Source: a virus (taxonomy: Duplodnaviria; Caudoviricetes). Taken from it: DNA of 35,545 nucleotides. The position numbers and the translations under genes are program-made. Below the pieces are notes generated by a model. The model was not told the origin of the DNA, ran no database searches, and saw nothing but the letters and a program-made list of their open reading frames with translations. The stretch's first letter is position 1; every line of letters begins with the position of its first letter. Positions 1-7,499 of the stretch are shown here, piece after piece. The DNA lies in the IMG/VR virus record IMGVR_UViG_3300020570_000020, positions 1 to 35,545 of that record; one strand, written 5' to 3'.

Positions 1-155
1 TTGAGGAGTTTGCAGCCGGTCTGAGCCGCCGACTTTTCGCTGTATCCGGCCTTTATGGCCGATTGGGTAGCGTTGCCGGTCTCGACATAGGCCGCAGCAA
101 AGACAGCCCAACGGGCTGTCTGCCTTCGCTTTAGGGCGTGTCTTTCGGTGTACAT
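1..155 (-). CDS. terS: Terminase small subunit, N-terminal part (runs off the window)
   Basis: Manual translation from ATG at 155: MYTERHALKRRQTARWAVFAAAYVETGNATQSAIKAGYSEKSAAQTGCKLL. This has the F-x3-Y...NAT-x2-AI-x-AGYS-x-K-x-A...G-x2-LL HTH pattern typical of TerS. Confidence 0.85.
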   Translation of the reverse strand, partial: MYTERHALKRRQTARWAVFAAAYVETGNATQSAIKAGYSEKSAAQTGCKLL

Positions 156-187
156 GGCCGAATTCTAGTGCTAGTCGCGCATCAAAT

Positions 188-274
188 GCAATCTAAGTAC
201 CAATAGAAGATAAAGCAAATTCATGCCAACTTTGTTGGCATTAGAATTTGCATCTTCTGTTGGTACGAGATTGC
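188..274. repeat. Long imperfect inverted repeat (about 38 bp of pairing)
   Basis: Arms GCAATCT/AGATTGC, GTACCAATAGAAGAT/ATCTTCTGTTGGTAC, GCAAATTC/GAATTTGC and ATGCCAAC/GTTGGCAT are nested around a TTT loop. Confidence 0.9.
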
Positions 275-321
275 TCTTCAAAAGAGAAGATCTTTAGGAT
301 TCTTGAATCCCCCTGATCTTC

Positions 322-363
322 TGAAATTTTCCTCCCGAAGCCTTGTGAGGGAGGAAAATTTCA
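322..363. repeat. Perfect 15-bp inverted repeat
   Basis: TGAAATTTTCCTCCC (322-336) pairs with GGGAGGAAAATTTCA (349-363), 12-nt loop. Confidence 0.9.
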
Positions 364-460
364 TTCAGATCTCCCCCCTTACAGCCCCATTGGTCACCGG
401 CCAATGGCTTGCGGTTGTCGGGTTTAGCCGGTGTACATTGAACACTAGGAGTATTGCAGC

Positions 461-745
461 ATGAACGTGCAGTTAAAGCGTGGTTTGCAGTTTGCCAATT
501 CCCTGTCGAATTCAATGGCCGCTGTTCGGCGTGAGCGGATCGACGGTATCCGTCTTGCCGATTGGTTCCTGCAATCCCATCGTCGAAGCGACGATGAGGT
601 GCGGTACTTCATGGCTTATGTCGCAAGCAAGTCCTATTTGCCCAAATGGGCAAAGACTCCGGGGCAAGTAAAGGCCGCTGCCCGTTCGATTGAATGGATG
701 CCGTCATTCACCCGTGATGCCGAAGGCAAGTGGGCGAGGTGCTAA
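461..745 (+). CDS. Hypothetical protein (first early gene)
   Basis: 94-aa ORF with AGGAG Shine-Dalgarno upstream. Confidence 0.7.
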   Translation: MNVQLKRGLQFANSLSNSMAAVRRERIDGIRLADWFLQSHRRSDDEVRYFMAYVASKSYLPKWAKTPGQVKAAARSIEWMPSFTRDAEGKWARC

Positions 746-752
746 TCGGCGG

Positions 753-781
753 TTGACGGTTTCGCTTTTCCGGTGTACAAA
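753..781 (+). promoter_or_regulatory. Sigma70-like promoter
   Basis: TTGACG-17 nt-TACAAA upstream of the structured leader and amidoligase. Confidence 0.55.
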
Positions 782-811
782 GTACCCTGCAAGGATGGCG
801 GGGTTGGTCTA

Positions 812-919
812 CGGCCTAGTGGCGCGATGGATTGCGTCACTAGGTCGAACCGGGTGACCTTCTGACTTTTTTACCCTTGTCTTTTGTGAAAGGGTAAAAA
901 AGCCAGTCGATCAGACTGG
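812..919 (+). promoter_or_regulatory. Structured leader (three hairpins) upstream of the amidoligase
   Basis: Stems at 812-847 (16 bp, three G-U pairs), 862-906 (T6/A6-containing) and 903-919 (CCAGTC/GACTGG, overlapping the second). Confidence 0.5.
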
Positions 920-958
920 ATGTCGAATGGATTTTCCGCAACACACTACGGAGTGCAT

Positions 959-2350
959 ATGGAATTTTCTAGTTTGCCTATCGGCAAGGCATTGATAGCC
1001 GATACCGACCGATTCTATCGGTTAGTCACCCTGCGCCTTGAGCGTGATGGTGAGTCGAGAGCCGTCGCCGATTGGCTTTTCGAAACCTACCGAAAAGCGT
1101 TCAACGACCCGGAGATTGGCGCCGGAGTTTATAACTCCGTCGCTTATGTTGCTCACAAACTACACGACGAGTCGCTCTGGTCATTGCCTTCGGCAATGCT
1201 TAGGTTTCGACCGACACGGGCTTACCAAAGTCTCCCGTATATCGGCGACCTGCGTGAGTTTGAGTCGAACGCTAGTTCGTCGAACGACTATGACCAGACT
1301 CGCGACTGGCTTTTCGACCGATTCGACCTTTTTAGTTGCGAGGACTGCGGTGAACTAGAGTTCACCGATGAGTCAACCACGGTTCGAGAGTACGACATGA
1401 TATGTCGCTCTTGCCGACAAAACTACGTTTTGACCGACGTTGAGGGCGAGTATGTATCGAGCGACGACGTTCGATACGGCATCGATGCCAACGGCAACGA
1501 GGTTTCGTTCATCGACGGCAACGACGATTTTGTGTGGAGCGACGAGCGGGACGAATACGTCCACGTTGACTACGAGCCGCCGATTCTCGGCGACTACCAC
1601 GACTCAAAGAGTCGCCAACAGCCAATCGACGACAAGTGGACGGCGACCTACGGTCGATACATGGGTGTCGAATTGGAAATTGAGTGTGAAGGCGCTGACC
1701 GTAGACCTACGGTCAACAATCTCCACGAACACATCAACGACGGCGATATGGGCAAGCGTGTGTTCTTCGAACGTGACGGTTCACTCCGCAACGGCTTCGA
1801 AATCATCACTCAGCCGATGTCGCTGCCCATGATTAAGGAAACCTTCGGGTTCCTTAATAAGCCGAGACTGATCGATGGCCTCAAGTCACACAACACCGAC
1901 ACCTGTGGGCTGCACGTTCATGTGAGCCGCAAAGGTATGTCGTCTTTGCAGATTGCAAAGATGGTGTGCTTCATCAACGACCCAAACAACGAATGGCTGA
2001 TTCGGGCTATAGCCCGACGGTATGCCAACGGCTACTGCAAGATTCAGCAAAAGCGTTTGGGTCAAGCGCATATGTCGGTCGAGCGGTATGAGGCTGTCAA
2101 CCTCACCAATCGCCGCACTATCGAGTTCCGTATCTTCAGGGGTTCCCTGAAGTACGACGCGGTTATCGCTGCCGCCGAGTTTGTTCATGCTCTGGTCGAG
2201 TTTACTCGACCCGCTGAGTCGAGTTTGTCTGCACTCAACTCTGCCGGTTTTCTGAACTTCGTTCAGAAGAAGATGGCTAAAGAGTGCGCCACGCTTCTCC
2301 GATACCTCGGAGAACGTGCCAAGTCTGATATGTCCCGCATTGCCGCCTAA
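959..2350 (+). CDS. Putative amidoligase (COOH-NH2 ligase, glutamine synthetase-like fold) with N-terminal Zn-binding extension
   Basis: Motifs GVELEIE, ERDGSL..GFEIITQP, TCGLHVHVS and RYEAVNL...TIEFRIFRGSL. CxxC...CxxC lies upstream. Start chosen at ATG 959 after GGAG. Confidence 0.85.
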   Translation: MEFSSLPIGKALIADTDRFYRLVTLRLERDGESRAVADWLFETYRKAFNDPEIGAGVYNSVAYVAHKLHDESLWSLPSAMLRFRPTRAYQSLPYIGDLREFESNASSSNDYDQTRDWLFDRFDLFSCEDCGELEFTDESTTVREYDMICRSCRQNYVLTDVEGEYVSSDDVRYGIDANGNEVSFIDGNDDFVWSDERDEYVHVDYEPPILGDYHDSKSRQQPIDDKWTATYGRYMGVELEIECEGADRRPTVNNLHEHINDGDMGKRVFFERDGSLRNGFEIITQPMSLPMIKETFGFLNKPRLIDGLKSHNTDTCGLHVHVSRKGMSSLQIAKMVCFINDPNNEWLIRAIARRYANGYCKIQQKRLGQAHMSVERYEAVNLTNRRTIEFRIFRGSLKYDAVIAAAEFVHALVEFTRPAESSLSALNSAGFLNFVQKKMAKECATLLRYLGERAKSDMSRIAA

Positions 2351-2364
2351 TGGAGTGACCCACT

Positions 2365-3330
2365 ATGTGCCTTCTCGTAGAACAGACCGCTAAAACTTCG
2401 TTTTCTGACGAGTTCCTCGCCGATGTGTACAGCAAAAACAAGGATGGCCTCGGCATTATGTATGCCGAGAACGGCATCGTTGTCGTGAAGAAAATTGTCC
2501 CGACATCATCCGCTGAGTTCATCGAATTCTATCGGCAGTATGCCGAGGGTCGCGATTGCATCTGGCACGCTCGTATGCAGACTCACGGCGACATCGACCT
2601 CGACAACTGCCACCCATACTATGTAACCGACGAGTTGTGGATGGCGCACAACGGTGTGCTTTCGTCCGGCAACGACAACAATCCTGCCAAGTCTGATACT
2701 TGGCACTTCATCCGCAACGTCATTCAACCGGCAATCGAGGGTAACAAGTACCTTGTTCACGACCCGGAGTGGCAAGCGTTTATCGGCGACCTGATTGGTT
2801 CCACCAATAAGTTCGGCTTCATGACTGGTGACGGTTCTACCGTCATCATCAATCGCAAGTCCGGTGTCGAGTTCAATGGTGCGTGGCTCTCCAACACTTA
2901 CGCTTGGACGCCTAGCAAGTTCGGCCTCAAGACTCACAGTAATTCCACCTACGGTGGAGGCTACGGCAGATATGCCTACGGCAACTACTGGCAAGAGTAT
3001 GACTGGGATGCCGGGTACACCACGGTGTCCAAGTCATCCGCAAAGAAGGACACCACGGTCAAGCGTGAGTCGAAAGAGTCGATGAAGTCGATCGTTCGTG
3101 CCGCTCAAAACTGTTACTTGCGTGACACCTTGGAGCAATGGGTTTTGGATGCGCCGTGGAAAGCATCCGCTTTGATTGCCTACTGCTACGACGACGAGCA
3201 AGGCGCTGAGGAATTAGTCGCCGACGACCCGGCCAAGGCGGTCGAGTGGATTCGCGATCTGTTTGAAACCGATGGTCTCACCCCCTTTAATGCGTCATTT
3301 GATGACGATGGAATGGTTGCTTATGGATAA
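2365..3330 (+). CDS. Class II (Ntn) glutamine amidotransferase
   Basis: N-terminal Met-Cys nucleophile, N-x-DG-x-G, HAR-x2-THG, NCHPY, HNG and SDT motifs. A Y/G-rich linker precedes a C-terminal extra domain. Confidence 0.88.
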   Translation: MCLLVEQTAKTSFSDEFLADVYSKNKDGLGIMYAENGIVVVKKIVPTSSAEFIEFYRQYAEGRDCIWHARMQTHGDIDLDNCHPYYVTDELWMAHNGVLSSGNDNNPAKSDTWHFIRNVIQPAIEGNKYLVHDPEWQAFIGDLIGSTNKFGFMTGDGSTVIINRKSGVEFNGAWLSNTYAWTPSKFGLKTHSNSTYGGGYGRYAYGNYWQEYDWDAGYTTVSKSSAKKDTTVKRESKESMKSIVRAAQNCYLRDTLEQWVLDAPWKASALIAYCYDDEQGAEELVADDPAKAVEWIRDLFETDGLTPFNASFDDDGMVAYG

Positions 3331-3547
3331 ACACGTTGAGGAATTGGTTAGCCGCCTTACACCGGACGAGGTGAAGGCGGCGATCCGTGGGCTGCGCCGA
3401 AAGCAAAGGCTTGAGGCGTGGCACATGGCTGTGCCGATGGCTGATGCTTTGCATCAGCACCTATTGGTGCTTGGACGTAATGGGGACGCTGCACTTGTGC
3501 AGCATATTGTTAATGATCTTTTGCGTGATGGAGTGGACACACAATGA
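3323..3547 (+). CDS. Hypothetical protein
   Basis: ATG overlaps the end of the GATase gene (MDKHVEEL...) and the stop is coupled to the next gene by ATGA. Confidence 0.65.
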   Translation: MDKHVEELVSRLTPDEVKAAIRGLRRKQRLEAWHMAVPMADALHQHLLVLGRNGDAALVQHIVNDLLRDGVDTQ

Positions 3548-3912
3548 AGGCATACCTAATTGACCCGAACACAAAGTCGATCACCGAAGTCGAGTACAAC
3601 GGTGACTGGCGCACCATTTCCGAATTCATCGGAAACGACTGCACGAATTTCGATGTGGTTGGATTCCCCGGCGGTCGTCATTCGATATTCATCGATGACG
3701 AAGGTCTTATAAAGGGAACGCTCGCGCCATTCTTTAAGCCGAGTTGGATACTCACTCCGCTGAGTGGTCGCGGTCTTGTCCTTGGGACAACGGCTGACGG
3801 AGATTCGTGCGACGTATCTGTCTCGCTCCAAGCATTGCAGGATGACATCGAGTGGCTCGATGTTGACGTTGTTGTTCGTAACGCTAGGCGTGGAATCTAT
3901 GACTACCGTTAA
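3544..3912 (+). CDS. DUF3846-like protein
   Basis: AYLIDP...IFIDDEGL...L-x-G-x-GLVLG...DG pattern recalled for this family. GGAG SD present. Confidence 0.6.
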   Translation: MKAYLIDPNTKSITEVEYNGDWRTISEFIGNDCTNFDVVGFPGGRHSIFIDDEGLIKGTLAPFFKPSWILTPLSGRGLVLGTTADGDSCDVSVSLQALQDDIEWLDVDVVVRNARRGIYDYR

Positions 3913-4066
3913 GAAGTTCTACGTCACATACAAGCATGAGAAAAGCGTTCGCGTCGAGATGGTTGACGCGAACTCATACGAGGAAGCATGGCTGAAGATT
4001 CTGGCGAAGATCTCGCCAGAGGAAACCATGCGGACTATTGAGTTGACGGAGAGAGTGTATGCGTGA
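3899..4066 (+). CDS. Hypothetical protein
   Basis: MTTVKKFYVTY..., packed between its neighbours. Confidence 0.55.
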   Translation: MTTVKKFYVTYKHEKSVRVEMVDANSYEEAWLKILAKISPEETMRTIELTERVYA

Positions 4067-4232
4067 CCTGTTCGGATTCTTTCTAGCAATGATTCGCGGC
4101 TACTACGATGGCCGCATCAACGGGTGCGACAACAACGTCTACCTAGGCGAGCGTCGCTTCTATTACCGCCGTGGCTATGACCGTGGCATCGCAGTCTACT
4201 GCGACAAGATGAAGGGGTACGAAAGTGAGTGA
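4059..4232 (+). CDS. 57-aa protein, possible Rmf/CrpP-like fold (not in ORF track)
   Basis: Manual translation MRDLFGFFLAMIRGYYDGRINGCDNNVYLGERRFYYRRGYDRGIAVYCDKMKGYESE. GGAG upstream and it fills the gap exactly. Confidence 0.6.
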   Translation: MRDLFGFFLAMIRGYYDGRINGCDNNVYLGERRFYYRRGYDRGIAVYCDKMKGYESE

Positions 4233-4512
4233 TGAAACCGGAGTGATTGATAACCCGCAAGAGCATTGGACTAAGGTTGCACAGTCAACGCTTGTCGGAA
4301 GGAAGATTGTCGGCGTTCGATACCTCTCCGATAGAGAGGTAAAGCGGCTTGGATGGACAAGTCGCTCGGTAATCTTCGAACTCGACAACGGCTGTCTTGT
4401 GTGGCCTAGCATGGACGACGAGGGCAATGATGCCGGGGCAATCTTTACGACGGATCGGCACGGACACACACTCCCTGTAATCAGAGAGATGGAGCATGAA
4501 AGTGAACGATAG
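4225..4512 (+). CDS. Hypothetical phage protein
   Basis: 95-aa ORF in the operon, with acidic DDEGNDAG motif. Confidence 0.7.
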   Translation: MSDETGVIDNPQEHWTKVAQSTLVGRKIVGVRYLSDREVKRLGWTSRSVIFELDNGCLVWPSMDDEGNDAGAIFTTDRHGHTLPVIREMEHESER

Positions 4513-4651
4513 GCAAAAAAACGCATTAGAAACAATCGCCAACTTCATTGAGTGGTATGCAAGCGACGAGACAGAACGCGACCGATTGTGGGCTGCGGCC
4601 TGTGATTACGTCGAGCAAGACCATGTGCTAGCAGAGGAGTCATTAGCGTGA
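4496..4651 (+). CDS. Hypothetical 51-aa protein (not in ORF track)
   Basis: MKVNDRQKNALETIANFIEWYASDETERDRLWAAACDYVEQDHVLAEESLA. It fills the gap and its TGA overlaps the next start. Confidence 0.55.
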   Translation: MKVNDRQKNALETIANFIEWYASDETERDRLWAAACDYVEQDHVLAEESLA

Positions 4652-4893
4652 TGGAAAAGAAAGGAAACCAGTTTCGAGACGCCGGGCTTGACGAGCCGTC
4701 AGAAAGCAAGTTGCTTCGCATCCTAGTTGCTTTCGACTTCGAAGGCATTGAAGACCCGGACAGCGACGTTGCGGGGCGTCTGATCGACGAAATCCAGAAG
4801 GATTGCGAGACCCTGCGTACTGCTTACGGCGCTGATTCAACGTGGGTTGATGAGGCTTTCGTCGTGACGAGGTACGACAACCCACATGAGTGA
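4648..4893 (+). CDS. Hypothetical protein
   Basis: GAGGAG SD, operon packing. Confidence 0.65.
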   Translation: MMEKKGNQFRDAGLDEPSESKLLRILVAFDFEGIEDPDSDVAGRLIDEIQKDCETLRTAYGADSTWVDEAFVVTRYDNPHE

Positions 4894-5107
4894 GTCGCAC
4901 CGAAAGATGATGAGGCTACCGCCTCGAAAGAAACTGTTTGGATTCGACTACCACAAGGCTGCGCAACTGCGAATGACCGGCAAGGAATGGCATGAGTACG
5001 CCAAGGTAGATGAGTTCAAGACTGAGCGAGGTAGTGACTCCGCGTGGAGCGGCTACTTCGAAGTGTGGCTAGACGGAACGGACATGAACAGGAGGGCAAT
5101 TGAATAA
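4886..5107 (+). CDS. Hypothetical protein
   Basis: Overlapping start/stop packing. Confidence 0.6.
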   Translation: MSESHRKMMRLPPRKKLFGFDYHKAAQLRMTGKEWHEYAKVDEFKTERGSDSAWSGYFEVWLDGTDMNRRAIE

Positions 5108-5336
5108 ATGGCAAGTCATGTACCCCGATGAGACCGGAGCGAGTCGGGTAGTCGGCACGTTCAAAAGTCGAAGGGATGCGAGGCAGTTTGCCTCGTCATT
5201 GATGGATCAAAAGTTGCCCTTCCCGATTATCCCGTTTATAAATGACCACTATACCCCCACTATTACGAGGGTTGGAGGATCGAGAGGTGATACTGTTCAG
5301 CGTGGAGAAACGCCTGACAGACGAGGCATGGTCTAG
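5100..5336 (+). CDS. Hypothetical protein
   Basis: TTG start after GGAGG. Confidence 0.55.
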   Translation: MNKWQVMYPDETGASRVVGTFKSRRDARQFASSLMDQKLPFPIIPFINDHYTPTITRVGGSRGDTVQRGETPDRRGMV

Positions 5337-5625
5337 CATTACTGGCGACGATGATTCGCCTTTGCTTTTCCAAAACTTTGAATCTGCCAAGGCAAGGTTT
5401 GACGAGGAGGTTTCCGGGGGCAACCCCGGAAATAGTTTCCGAGTCATTGCTCATGAGTACGAAAGTACGTTCAGCAAGATAGTCATAGAGAAGCAGGTGC
5501 GTCTCGAAATGATTTGCTTGGTTTGCAAAGCAACTCATTTCGAACATGGAGACGAGACCCGCTGCCCGTATTGCGGGAACGATGACGTATCCAAGAACGT
5601 ATACGCAGCGAGAGGTGATGCTTGA
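5287..5625 (+). CDS. Hypothetical protein with C-terminal zinc ribbon
   Basis: GTG after GGAGG, CLVC...CPYC. Confidence 0.65.
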   Translation: MILFSVEKRLTDEAWSSITGDDDSPLLFQNFESAKARFDEEVSGGNPGNSFRVIAHEYESTFSKIVIEKQVRLEMICLVCKATHFEHGDETRCPYCGNDDVSKNVYAARGDA

Positions 5626-5930
5626 AAGAGAGAACCCCAACGGAACTTGAGGTGTTCGGATGTGACTGGAGCGAGTGGGCTGATGGCATAGCCAACTCCG
5701 AGTTTATGAAGGTCGCTATCTCTGGCGGTAGGCCGAGGATAGCAGAGGCTTTAGCCATGCTGACCGTCATGATTATCACGGAGGCTCAGAGGTTTATTGC
5801 CGAAGGCAACTACGTCCAGTCTGTCCAGTTACTCAACTGCTTGAAGCGGTTGATAGCCAACCCAGAGGAGTTCATGGGGCTAGTAACTATGGGCGGCGAG
5901 CCGCCAAGTGATGACTCAGTAATTCATTAA
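5622..5930 (+). CDS. Hypothetical protein
   Basis: TTG start overlaps the previous stop, GAGGT SD. Confidence 0.6.
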   Translation: MKERTPTELEVFGCDWSEWADGIANSEFMKVAISGGRPRIAEALAMLTVMIITEAQRFIAEGNYVQSVQLLNCLKRLIANPEEFMGLVTMGGEPPSDDSVIH

Positions 5931-6205
5931 GTCGCGCCATTGTTAGTGGCTAGTCTGACCCGGACGATAAAGAAGCACCGTGACAGGTGCGGGTGGTTCG
6001 GCAACAGCCTTCCGTAGCAATGCGGGTGGCCAATGATGCCTAGGCAGCAATGCCTACCGGCTAACCAACCGGGCGTTGGCAACACGACAGTTCCCCGTGG
6101 CCGTGAAGCGGATGGAGGCATGTGTGATGGGGTTGGGGATTCCCGGCTCTTGATGTGCTATAGCGACCGCCGCACGGGGGAAGCATCCTGTTTTTGCTCT
6201 GCTTA
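5931..6205 (+). ncRNA. Candidate structured non-coding RNA
   Basis: Largest gap in a tightly packed operon. GCAA-capped hairpins, many G-U pairs and a rod-like hairpin of about 92 nt (6091-6182). Confidence 0.55.
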
Positions 6206-6217
6206 TATGGAGGTTTT

Positions 6218-6427
6218 ATGAGTCTGTATGTTGCGCTGAAGGCCGCCGTCCCCATCCTTAACGCTCTCCCGAAGGAGACGTACTCGGCGCTTGCGAAGAT
6301 GGCTGCGGACATGAATCCAGATATCCGCCGCTCCCTTACTGGGATGCTTCAGTCAGGACTGTCAGAGGATGAGACTAAAAGCCTTGCCGCATCGGTGAAA
6401 CGCATCGACGGAAAGCACAAAGACTAA
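6218..6427 (+). CDS. Hypothetical protein
   Basis: ATG 6218 after GGAGG (MSLYVALKAA...). Confidence 0.65.
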   Translation: MSLYVALKAAVPILNALPKETYSALAKMAADMNPDIRRSLTGMLQSGLSEDETKSLAASVKRIDGKHKD

Positions 6428-6470
6428 TTGTTTATCTAGTGTACAATGTACCCAACACAGGAGAAGTGAA

Positions 6471-6659
6471 ATGCCGTTGAAGTCTGGTAAAAGCAAGAAG
6501 GTCATCTCGGAGAACATCTCCGAGACCATGCGTTCGTACAAGAAGAAGGGCAAGATCGGAACGTCTCGCCCCAAGAGCAAGGCTGCTGCCCAGAAGCAAG
6601 CCGTCGCCATTGCCCTGCGTAAGGCTGGCGTCCCCAAGAAGAAGGGGAAGCGTAAGTGA
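6471..6659 (+). CDS. Small very basic protein (DUF6496-like)
   Basis: MPLKSGKSKKVISENI...KQAVAIALRKAG, Lys-rich, AGGAG SD. Confidence 0.7.
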   Translation: MPLKSGKSKKVISENISETMRSYKKKGKIGTSRPKSKAAAQKQAVAIALRKAGVPKKKGKRK

Positions 6660-6967
6660 AGGCCAAGGATGTGAAGCGTGAGGGCGGCAAGATTGTTTAC
6701 CGGGGACACTCGTTCCCCGGTTTCAATAAGCCGGTCAACGCCCCTGCCGGAGCGAAGCAGAAGAAGATGGTTCTCGCCAAGAAGGGCGAGGATGTGAAAC
6801 TCGTTCGCTTCGGTCTGCGTGGCATGAGTGACTACACCAAGCACGGCAGCGAGAAGCGTCGCAAGAATTACCTTGCACGGTCTGGCGGCATCCGAGACAA
6901 GTCGGGCAAGTTGACGAAGGACGACAAGTTCTCAGCCAACTACTGGGCTAGAAAGGTTCTCTGGTAG
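6656..6967 (+). CDS. Basic protein (DUF5754-like)
   Basis: VRFG-x2-GM-x-DY-x2-H...RRKNYLARS-x-G...SANYWARK-x-LW. Confidence 0.7.
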   Translation: MKAKDVKREGGKIVYRGHSFPGFNKPVNAPAGAKQKKMVLAKKGEDVKLVRFGLRGMSDYTKHGSEKRRKNYLARSGGIRDKSGKLTKDDKFSANYWARKVLW

Positions 6968-7212
6968 TGATCGTTTACATGTCGCATCTAGTCCGCGACA
7001 AGCGGAACGCACGGGCTGAGTTTCGTCAGCCCGTCGTCTCCGTTGTTCGGCGAGACAAGTTGATGTACGTCAACGAGGTGCGGGTCAAAGACTCAAGCGG
7101 CAAGGTTATCTGCCGAGTTGTCTACGACCCGAAGGTAGACCCGTCCAAGTACCACAAGGTATCCGCGTGGGTAGAAGTGGACGAGTCAGCGGCTGATGTC
7201 GAGTTTCTGTAG
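6967..7212 (+). CDS. Hypothetical beta-rich phage protein
   Basis: GTG start overlaps the previous TAG. Confidence 0.6.
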   Translation: MIVYMSHLVRDKRNARAEFRQPVVSVVRRDKLMYVNEVRVKDSSGKVICRVVYDPKVDPSKYHKVSAWVEVDESAADVEFL

Positions 7213-7292
7213 TTACAACAATGCAAAGCAGCCAAGAAAGTATTGTCTCTGCACTCAAGCCAGAAAGCAGGGACTCGTCATCCAAAGAGTGG

Positions 7293-7499
7293 ATGGACAG
7301 ATCGCATGACACAAACGAAGAACTCAAGCAGATCATGCAATCCATGCAACTAAAGATCGATGACGTAATGCGTCTATCGATGACGAGTTATGACACGGTT
7401 AAGAGTTGGAGAGTTAAGCGAGAGAGCAAGCGGTGGAGGCGTATGCCTAACCGAGCATTGGCTCACCTGAAGATGAGCATAGGAGGAAGGTGGAAATGA
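7293..7499 (+). CDS. Putative HTH DNA-binding protein
   Basis: L-x2-DDV-x-RL...S-x-DTVKSW...R-x-MP-x2-AL HTH-like pattern. Start uncertain (7221 or 7293). Confidence 0.6.
   Translation: MDRSHDTNEELKQIMQSMQLKIDDVMRLSMTSYDTVKSWRVKRESKRWRRMPNRALAHLKMSIGGRWK

Noticed and set aside
5978-6043. Partial resemblance to a fluoride riboswitch (AACAGCC...GGCCAATGATGCCTA) or an HDV-like ribozyme (GGCTAA)
   Set aside because: The required 5' GAUG/P1 arrangement and nested pseudoknots could not be built convincingly by eye.
5931-6205. Retron msr-msd-like layout (short hairpins then a long hairpin)
   Set aside because: No reverse transcriptase in the window and no flanking a1/a2 repeat enclosing both domains.
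6033-6221. 62-aa ORF inside the candidate ncRNA
   Set aside because: No clear SD and atypical composition. The base-pairing pattern explains the sequence better, though coding is not excluded.
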